From positions 1 to 61,268 of the forward strand of contig JBLNDI010000038.1 of NCBI GenBank assembly GCA_050261495.1: 61,268 bases of DNA. The letters run 5' to 3'. Under the pieces are notes generated by a model. It had not been told where the DNA came from and ran no database searches. It saw nothing but the letters and a program-made list of their open reading frames with translations. This stretch comes from Bacillota bacterium. GTDB lineage: Bacteria > Bacillota > Clostridia > Acetivibrionales > DTU013. This document shows, in pieces, positions 48,866-57,534 of this stretch (position 1 is the first letter of the stretch; each line of letters starts with the position of its first letter). Position numbers and translations under genes: made by a program.

Positions 48866-49788
48866 GGATCAAGCTCAAAAACTCAAGGTTTTGGATGTTT
48901 GTCTTCGCGGCGTTGATGTTTCCTGCAATGCTGGCTGCAGGTCAGGCGAGGGAGTATTCCCTGGCTTTTGTTTCCATAATGCTGCATGAGGCAGGACACT
49001 TTGCAGCTGCGAAAATGCGCGGCATAAACATGGCTTTTGTAAAAATAACTCCTGCCGGGTTTTCCGCCGCGATTCAATTCAGCGATTTGCCGCGCCGCGT
49101 GCTGCTTGAAATATACATAGCCGGACCGGCTGCGAATTTTATGCTATCCGGACTGGCAATGCTGGGCAGAACGGTATTTCCCGGATTGGACAACTTTTTT
49201 AAGCTTGTGGCCGCGACCAACCTGTTGCTTGGCGCGTTTAACCTGCTGCCCGCTTTTCCGCTTGACGGAGGGAGAATTTTGATGGAATTCCTGTCCGGAA
49301 GGCTGGGCATACTGGCGGCAGGCAAGCTGGTCCGCGGTATGGCATGGTGCCTGTTGACGGCCATGCTTCTGGCCGGAGCGTACCAAATATATATTGGCGT
49401 TTACAATGCCAGCATGCTGGCTGTGGGAGTTTATATTCTTATTACGTTAAGATCGGGGAGAATGGAGAGTGCGTTTATGAATATCAGGCAAATCCTCTAC
49501 AGGCGATCAAAGCTTTTGAAAAGAGGCATTTATGCTGCGCGCGGCCTGGCGGTCCTAAAAAGCGCGAGACTGGCAGAGGCCTTGAAGAGCATGGACTTCG
49601 ACAGGTTCCATGTGTTATTTGTTCTTGACGAGGATTTGAAGATAATAAAAATCATCACCGAGGATGAAGTTATGAATGCTCTTTCCAGTTTCGACGAGAG
49701 TATAACGTTCGGCCAGTTGATAAAACTTCACGAAAGCGGAGGAAATACCACGAACGAAACGGGCTGCATGCGGCCTGAAGGCTCCTGA
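48862..49788 (+). CDS. spoIVFB: M50 site-2 protease, SpoIVFB-like
   Basis: Its GTG start overlaps the upstream stop (GTGA). It has the HEAGH zinc motif and NLLPAFPLDGG (the S2P N-x-x-P-x-x-x-L-D-G motif). There is a CBS-like C-terminal region. Confidence 0.75.
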   Translation: MRIKLKNSRFWMFVFAALMFPAMLAAGQAREYSLAFVSIMLHEAGHFAAAKMRGINMAFVKITPAGFSAAIQFSDLPRRVLLEIYIAGPAANFMLSGLAMLGRTVFPGLDNFFKLVAATNLLLGAFNLLPAFPLDGGRILMEFLSGRLGILAAGKLVRGMAWCLLTAMLLAGAYQIYIGVYNASMLAVGVYILITLRSGRMESAFMNIRQILYRRSKLLKRGIYAARGLAVLKSARLAEALKSMDFDRFHVLFVLDEDLKIIKIITEDEVMNALSSFDESITFGQLIKLHESGGNTTNETGCMRPEGS

Positions 49789-49838
49789 TATTGATATCCG
49801 TGGCAGTCGAATATATAATATACCTGGAGAGGCAACCG

Positions 49839-49920
49839 GATTGTTGCGGTCGTTGCGGTCTATTGCAGCGGTCTGTCATTGCGGTTTGTTGTAGCGTTCT
49901 ATCGTTATGGTCTATCGCGA
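49839..49920. repeat. degenerate ~13-bp tandem array (about 6-7 units, ..TTGCGGTC)
   Basis: The units read attgttgcggtc / gttgcggtc / tattgcagcggtc / tgtcattgcggtt / tgttgtagcgttc / tatcgttatggtc / tatcgcgaggg. Confidence 0.7.
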
Positions 49921-49927
49921 GGGACGG

Positions 49928-50716
49928 ATGAAAATGTACCTGAAAGCGGCATTCAAATTTAAAAATATTATAATGCTTGCAGCAGGCGCCGTATTGGCCG
50001 CAGGCGCGTCGTCCTATGCCCCGGGCATGCCCTGGCTGGCTTACTTGTTTGGCGCTGCGGGGATAGGGGCATATGCCGCGGGTGTCATCAGCACCATTGG
50101 TAGCGGCGAATTCAGGGAGGAGTTGGAATTGTCGGAAGCCCTGGGCGCCATAAGCAGGCTCAGCAGGGAATGCAACAGGCTTTACTGGAGTGTTGCCGGG
50201 CGGCTTGAAAGGAGCCAGAGAGCCAAGGCGGCGAGGATAATCAGGCAGAAGGAAAGCTTGATGAAGTACTTCGACAAGTACTGTGAAGACCCGATCAAGC
50301 AAAGGATTATTGAGCAGGCGCTTAAACTTGTAATCGCTTACCTTAAGCTCGCCGCAAGCTACAGCGAAAGGGCGCGCGAGCTTTCGCAGCGGAATCTTGA
50401 CGAACTGGCGTCAAGGATAAATGAAAATAACAGGAAGCTGGGCTCCCTGAAGAATTACGAGGCCGTCCTTGAACTGATGAAAACGGTCGAAATGGATGAA
50501 AAGCTGCTCAAGAGCCTCAAGGAAGAGCGCGAGCAACTGGAAATGGTTAATGTGAGGCTTGACCAGATCGAAAGCGTCATTACGGGGTTTAAGCACAGGA
50601 TATTGTCAAATGACTTTTCCGGCCCGGAATCGGAGAAAATAGAGAACACGATAAATGAAGCCGTCGCCCTCGACAACGTGCTGAGCGAACGCAGCATGAT
50701 GCGCCGGCGGTTGTAG
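49928..50716 (+). CDS. hypothetical membrane-anchored coiled-coil protein
   Basis: It has two N-terminal hydrophobic helices (IIMLAAGAVLAAGASSY and WLAYLFGAAGIGAYAAGVISTI). A long helical, charged region follows. The ORF is open from 49907, inside the repeat array. The ATGs at 49928 and 49934 follow GAGGGA. Confidence 0.55.
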   Translation: MKMYLKAAFKFKNIIMLAAGAVLAAGASSYAPGMPWLAYLFGAAGIGAYAAGVISTIGSGEFREELELSEALGAISRLSRECNRLYWSVAGRLERSQRAKAARIIRQKESLMKYFDKYCEDPIKQRIIEQALKLVIAYLKLAASYSERARELSQRNLDELASRINENNRKLGSLKNYEAVLELMKTVEMDEKLLKSLKEEREQLEMVNVRLDQIESVITGFKHRILSNDFSGPESEKIENTINEAVALDNVLSERSMMRRRL

Positions 50717-50835
50717 CCGGCGTTTTATGTATCCGGCGTTTTGATGAGGCCGGTGTTTTTGTATGGCCAGCGTTTTATTGCAAGCGGCTTTCCAGTGCAG
50801 CCGGTGTTTTGGTTCAACCGGCGTTTTTTGTTCAC
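50717..50835. repeat. ~17-bp tandem array, 7 units (CCGGCGTTTT-N7)
   Basis: The units read ccggcgttttatgtat / ccggcgttttgatgagg / ccggtgtttttgtatgg / ccagcgttttattgcaag / cggctttccagtgcag / ccggtgttttggttcaa / ccggcgttttttgttcac. The array fills the whole gap between two convergent genes. Confidence 0.8.
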
Positions 50836-50837
50836 TT

Positions 50838-51722
50838 TTATTTCTTGCCTGCCACGTCTCCGGAGGTTATCCCCTCGATTATTTCGGCGGTGGATTTCGG
50901 CCTGTTCATCGTATACAGGTGTATGCCCTCAACATCGTTTTCAATGAGGTCCCTGATCTGGTTTATCGCGTATTCAATACCCGCTTTTTTCATATCTTCG
51001 GGTTTGTCCTGGTATTTATCCATCAACAAAACCAGCCTGGCCGGTATGGAGCAGCCGCTCTTCGCGGTTATGGCCTTGATCTGGTCGGCCCTGAATATCG
51101 GCATGATCCCGGCCGAAACGGGACAGTTGATGCCTTTGCAGCGCGCCTTCTCAATGAAATCGTAAAAAAGCCTGTTGTCAAAGAATAACTGCGTGATTAA
51201 GAAATCCGCCCCGGCGTCCACTTTTTCCTTCAGGTGCGCCAGGTCCTCGCTGAGCCTCCTGGAATCGACATGCCCTTCCACGTAGGCAGCCGCGGCTATG
51301 CAGAAGCTGTTGTTATTCCTGATATGCCTGATGAGGCCGGATGCGTGGGCAAATACGTTTTTGCTGAAATCATAAAACGGCTGCCCGTTCGGGGGATCGC
51401 CCCTCAAGGCAAGAATATTCTCGAGGCCAAGTTCATGCATGGAAGTAAGCATAGCGTTGATTTCTTCCATCGTGTGTCCTACGCATGTAAAGTGGGCCAT
51501 GCTTTCTATGCGATGAAGGTTTTTTATCCTTGCGGCAATTTCAAGCGTACGTGCTTTTTGACTGCCGCCGGCGCCGTAAGTCACGCTTATGAAGTCAGGC
51601 TTCAGGCTTTCAAACATATCAAGCCTGTCGTAGAGCGTTTCTAGCGGCACGTCCGGCTTGGGCGGAAAAATCTCGAAAGACATGACCGGCTTCTTTATTT
51701 TAAAAATATCTATTATTTTCAT
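50838..51722 (-). CDS. metF: 5,10-methylenetetrahydrofolate reductase
   Basis: 294-aa ORF with SFEIFPPKP, ISVTYGAGGS, HFTC, LALRGDPP and ITQLFFD. Confidence 0.9.
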   Translation of the reverse strand: MKIIDIFKIKKPVMSFEIFPPKPDVPLETLYDRLDMFESLKPDFISVTYGAGGSQKARTLEIAARIKNLHRIESMAHFTCVGHTMEEINAMLTSMHELGLENILALRGDPPNGQPFYDFSKNVFAHASGLIRHIRNNNSFCIAAAAYVEGHVDSRRLSEDLAHLKEKVDAGADFLITQLFFDNRLFYDFIEKARCKGINCPVSAGIMPIFRADQIKAITAKSGCSIPARLVLLMDKYQDKPEDMKKAGIEYAINQIRDLIENDVEGIHLYTMNRPKSTAEIIEGITSGDVAGKK

Positions 51723-51928
51723 AGCGCACCTCCGTTTTCAGGTTCCCTTGCTAATAATATCATTAAAGTTATCCGATGTAAAGTTAAAATACAATTAAAT
51801 TCATGCAATTACACTTAGAATTAATTGATTATTATTTAGGGCAGCTCCGCATTTGCCCTGCTGCAGTCAAATATTGCCGTTGCGTTAAAAAACCCGGTCA
51901 TCAGGCATGACCATTTTTCAAAATTGTA

Positions 51929-51957
51929 TTGAAGCGAAAACAAATGCCTGTTAAAAT
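51929..51957 (+). promoter_or_regulatory. sigma-A-like promoter (TTGAAG-17-TAAAAT) for the symporter locus
   Basis: The -35 box is at 51929-51934. A 17-nt spacer separates it from the -10 box at 51952-51957. It lies about 90 nt upstream of the small ORF. Confidence 0.42.
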
Positions 51958-52048
51958 GGAATAACCAGGTTCGGATTTTCAGTAGATGCGGCGAAGCATG
52001 ACTGCGTAAATCTATACCCGGGGATACGGATTCGGAGGGGGTGAAAAA

Positions 52049-52168
52049 ATGCTGGGATTGCCTGACCCGTGGATAGCCGCCGCTTACCTTCTTTCCATCA
52101 TCAGCGCGGCGGTATGCGTTGTATATGGGCTCGCAAACTGGAACAAGGGAAACGACGAAAGCTGCTGA
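52049..52168 (+). CDS. small (39-aa) single-TM protein, symporter small accessory protein-like
   Basis: This ORF is not in the supplied track. The ATG lies 7 nt after GGAGGGGG. The product is MLGLPDPWIAAAYLLSIISAAVCVVYGLANWNKGNDESC, one hydrophobic helix followed by NWNKG. It lies upstream of a sodium:solute symporter. Confidence 0.6.
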   Translation: MLGLPDPWIAAAYLLSIISAAVCVVYGLANWNKGNDESC

Positions 52169-52186
52169 CGGTTGTTACCGGGTGAG

Positions 52187-52350
52187 TGTTTCCGGATGAA
52201 TGTATCCGGACTGAAGTTTCCGGACGGATGTTTCCGGATGAATGTTTCCGGACGGATGCTCCCGGACGGACGCTGCCGAATAATGCATCCGGACGAAAAT
52301 CTCCGGACGAAAGTTTCCGGACATTTCTTGACGAAAGTTCTGAAAAACAG
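52187..52350. repeat. ~14-bp tandem array, about 10-12 units (GTTTCCGGAYGRAT)
   Basis: The units read tgtttccggatgaa / tgtatccggactgaa / gtttccggacggat / gtttccggatgaat / gtttccggacggat / gctcccggacggac / gctgccgaataat / gcatccggacgaaaat / ctccggacgaaa / gtttccggacattt, with decayed units after that. Confidence 0.8.
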
Positions 52351-52474
52351 TCATTTCAAGGATCTTGCGGTTTGAGATAGGCGAAATAAGGTCAAATATC
52401 TTGGAAATAGCATGCTCCTTAAATAAAAGTGAAATTAGAAGTTTCAATCACTTGATTTTTTAAGGAGGCTGATT

Positions 52475-54130
52475 ATGTATACTCCAACCATTATTCTGAT
52501 ATATCTTCTCTTAACAGCTTTTTTTGGATATTTAGGCTACAAAAGAACAAAAACAGCAGCGGATTACCACGTGGCCGGAAGAAACGCGAATCCCGTCATT
52601 ATGGCTTTATCATACGGGGCTACCTTTATCAGCACCTCGGCCATTGTCGGATTTGGCGGGGCGGCCGGGCAATATGGCATGGGTGTTTTGTGGCTGACGT
52701 TCCTGAATATCTTCGTCGGCATATTCATAGCATTTGTGGCATTTGGCAAAAGAACCAGGAAAATCGGGCACAATCTTGATGCTCATACATTTCCGGAATT
52801 GTTGGGCTTAAGGTACCAGTCCAGGTTTATACAGGTCTTTTCGGCTGCTGTTATCCTGGTATTTATGCCTATTTATGCGGCATCGGTAATAAAAGGAGGA
52901 GCGGATTTCATCCAGTCGTTTTTCGGCATCTCGTACCAGGTATCACTGCTAATTTTTGTGTCGGTGGTGGCTGCCTATGTTTTTATGGGCGGCATCAAGG
53001 GCGTCATGTATACCGATGCCTTCCAGGGATTTGTGATGTTCGCGGGCATGACTTTTCTTATAGTATTCACTTACGCCGGGCTTGGCGGGATAACTGCCGC
53101 ACACAGGCAGCTTGCGGAAATGTATAACGATCCGGTGGTAAAGGAACAAGCAGGCGCGCTTATAAAAGGCGGTTTTTCCGGCTGGACCTCCATGCCCCGT
53201 TTTGGAAGCCCCATATGGTGGGGTCTTGTAAGCACCATAGTGATGGGTGTCGGGATTGGCGTGCTCGCGCAGCCGCAGCTCGCGGTCAGGTTCATGACGG
53301 TTAAAAGCGGCAGGGAATTGAACAGGGCGGTTGTATCCGGCGGCGTTTTCATACTGATGATGACAGGCGTGGCATTTACGGTTGGAGCCCTGTCAAACGT
53401 TTATTTTTACCAGCAAAGCGGGAAAATAGCCATAGCGGCGGCAGGCGCCAATGACAAAATAATTCCCGAATTCATAAAGACGTTCATACCCGGATGGTTC
53501 GGGCCGGTTTTCCTGGTCACGCTGCTGGCTGCCGCCATGTCCACGCTAAGCTCGCAGTTCCATACCATGGGTACGGCTCTCGGGAGGGATATCTATGAGA
53601 ATAGTGCCGGCGGCAAACGCGGAAGCCTGATGATTTCGAGAACAGGTATCCTTTTCGGCGTAATTTTAAGCACGGGCATTGCGTGGCTGACTAGCTACCT
53701 GGATGTCAGCATGGCAATCATTGCCACGGGGACTTCGCTGTTCTTCGGACTGTGCGCCGCGTCGTTCCTTCCGGCATACCTGGGATCGCTGTATGTCAGA
53801 AGAATGCCGAGGGCGGCTGCAAAGTGGGGCATGATAGCGGGTTTTGCCGCCAGCTTTTTCTGGATATTTTTCGTACACGAAAAGGAATCCTCGAGCCTGC
53901 AGTTGTGCGCCCTCCTGACGGGCAAGACGTCGATCGTGAAAGAGACGCTGCTGGCGCCGCTGTCCATGGTGGACCCCATTATTGTAGCACTGCCTGTATC
54001 GATAATTGTAACATTAATTTTGACGCTGGTATTGAAACAGGATATTGACGAAAAACACCTGGAAAAATGCTTTGCCGGCGTTGCCAATGGTAAAACCGCG
54101 GTCGGGGAAGGCGCCGCCGTTTTTGAATAA
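52475..54130 (+). CDS. sodium:solute symporter family (SSF) transporter
   Basis: 551-aa ORF with about 13 TM helices. The N-terminal motif is DYHVAGRN..VIMALSYGATFISTSAIVGFGG. The start follows AAGGAGG. Confidence 0.88.
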   Translation: MYTPTIILIYLLLTAFFGYLGYKRTKTAADYHVAGRNANPVIMALSYGATFISTSAIVGFGGAAGQYGMGVLWLTFLNIFVGIFIAFVAFGKRTRKIGHNLDAHTFPELLGLRYQSRFIQVFSAAVILVFMPIYAASVIKGGADFIQSFFGISYQVSLLIFVSVVAAYVFMGGIKGVMYTDAFQGFVMFAGMTFLIVFTYAGLGGITAAHRQLAEMYNDPVVKEQAGALIKGGFSGWTSMPRFGSPIWWGLVSTIVMGVGIGVLAQPQLAVRFMTVKSGRELNRAVVSGGVFILMMTGVAFTVGALSNVYFYQQSGKIAIAAAGANDKIIPEFIKTFIPGWFGPVFLVTLLAAAMSTLSSQFHTMGTALGRDIYENSAGGKRGSLMISRTGILFGVILSTGIAWLTSYLDVSMAIIATGTSLFFGLCAASFLPAYLGSLYVRRMPRAAAKWGMIAGFAASFFWIFFVHEKESSSLQLCALLTGKTSIVKETLLAPLSMVDPIIVALPVSIIVTLILTLVLKQDIDEKHLEKCFAGVANGKTAVGEGAAVFE

Positions 54131-54196
54131 AGATAATTGCCCGGGCTATATGCCATGAATGGTATTTACCCGGGTTACTTGCCCCGGAGGCTGACG

Positions 54197-54238
54197 AAGC
54201 CGGACGGCAGGCCGAAAGAGGCCCGCCGCCCGGCTTTT
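54197..54238 (+). terminator. putative intrinsic terminator after the symporter gene
   Basis: aagccggacggcaggcc-gaaaga-ggcccgccgcccggctt forms a 17-bp stem with two mismatches, followed by TTTT. It is preceded by a second hairpin, cccgggctatatgccat-ga-atggtatttacccggg. Confidence 0.55.
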
Positions 54239-54264
54239 GTATCGGGGTCGCTGAGACACGGGAC

Positions 54265-54340
54265 GGCTCTACGCCCTGCCTCACTTCAACGCAGACGCCG
54301 GTCATGAGACAGGGGCGAACTAATATCCTGCCTCACTTTA
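54265..54340. repeat. family-B short dispersed repeat, two units
   Basis: The two units, cctgcctcacttcaacgcagacg and cctgcctcactttaacgcagaca, lie about 50 bp apart. A third unit, cctgtctcacttcaacgcgggcg, is at 9441-9463. Confidence 0.7.
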
Positions 54341-54555
54341 ACGCAGACACTGTTACTAGCCGTCCGCGGCTTAATGGCAGCAGCTTTGGCGTCCAAGAAA
54401 TATATTAACAGATATAATAAATTATTTATTGCAGTTTGTCCTGCAGTAGTTTAAAATAAAGTGAGTAAGCCTGATTTGATAGAAATTTAACAAGCCTTTG
54501 CAGCATATCCTGCAGTGCATCCTATAGTTTAGTAAGTAATGAATGGGGGGTTTGT

Positions 54556-56791
<2,236 letters not shown>

Positions 56792-56844
56792 AGACGGCGG
56801 GATATTATAAAGGCCGGGTGGGTATAGAGCAAATTTATCACCGG

Positions 56845-57064
56845 GGCGGCTCGCATATAGGTGCAGGTCAAGTCATCGGATGAAAGCTCCAAGCGACTTC
56901 AGCGCATATGCCTGTAATTTGTTCGGCCGCTTCTAATATGACATCCATGTCATTGCCAGCTAAATCCGCCATCCAGGCGGATTTGCCTCACCATAGTTCT
57001 GCATATGCGGGATTCGCTAAGTCGTTTCATCATATGCCTTGACCCACACCCACATGCAATCCGT
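56845..57064. repeat. family-A intergenic repeat, copy 2
   Basis: It aligns with 5186-5405 in the same orientation. By eye, about 70 bp is identical (cgcatatgcctgtaatttgttcggccgcttctaatatgacatccatgtcattgccagctaaatccgccatcc). The flanking arms are diverged. Confidence 0.8.
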
Positions 57065-57165
57065 GCAAAAGCTACATCCTGCAGCCATTCTTTCATATGA
57101 CGTCAAATTTGCGCTCTGCCCACCCGGCCTTTACAGCAGCTTTCGGGCTGTATACAAAGTGCGCC

Positions 57166-57193
57166 TTGATTAAGGCGTGAATAATGATATAAT
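57166..57193 (+). promoter_or_regulatory. sigma-A-like promoter with extended -10 (TTGATT-16-TGaTATAAT)
   Basis: The -35 box is at 57166-57171 and the -10 box at 57188-57193, with TG at 57185-57186. The leader to the ATG at 57217 would be very short. Confidence 0.38.
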
Positions 57194-57216
57194 GTATTGC
57201 AGAGGTGATACAAAAG

Positions 57217-57534
57217 ATGTCCGTCGATATTCTTAAGGATATAGCCGCGGTGGAAGAAGCAGCCGGGCAAATTGAGGCCCAGGCTGTCCAAAACGCAAGG
57301 GATATTGTCGCCGCTGCAAAAAAGGAGGCGGCCTTTATTGCGGAAAAATCCGCCGAACAGGCAGAACGAAAAGCCGGGGAAGTTATTTGCAGCTACGAGG
57401 AAAAGGCCCGCAAAGAAATGGAAAATATAAAAGCACGTATTTTATCACAATGCGGAGAAATCAGGAAATACTCCGGCGAAAAACTCAATGAGGCGGTAGA
57501 TTTCATAATTGAGAGGATTGTGACACACCAGTGA
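57217..57534 (+). CDS. V/A-type ATPase small peripheral-stalk subunit (G/H-like)
   Basis: It is about 105 aa and Ala/Glu/Lys-rich, with coiled-coil character (AVEEAAGQIEAQAVQNARDIVAAAKKEAA). It is the first gene of the V-type operon. The ORF is open from the GTG at 57205. Confidence 0.6.
   Translation: MSVDILKDIAAVEEAAGQIEAQAVQNARDIVAAAKKEAAFIAEKSAEQAERKAGEVICSYEEKARKEMENIKARILSQCGEIRKYSGEKLNEAVDFIIERIVTHQ

Noticed and set aside
50741-51188. Plus-strand ORFs (68, 141 and 118 aa) starting in the 17-bp array
   Set aside because: They begin inside the tandem array and then run antisense to metF. There is no independent support for them.
51723-52048. SAM (S-box) riboswitch upstream of metF
   Set aside because: Neither strand shows the conserved S-box elements (..AUCAAGAG.GG.GGAGGGA..GGCAACC..). 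Only one small hairpin is present.
49839-52350. Possibility that the tandem arrays are CRISPR arrays
   Set aside because: The units are contiguous with no unique spacers, are only 13-17 bp long, and no cas genes are present.
52172-52447. Three ORFs (67, 64 and 90 aa) across the 14-bp array
   Set aside because: Their periodic peptides (..FRMNVSG..) are a by-product of translating a 14-bp repeat. A period that is not a multiple of three means the apparent repeat peptide changes frame, so they are non-coding.
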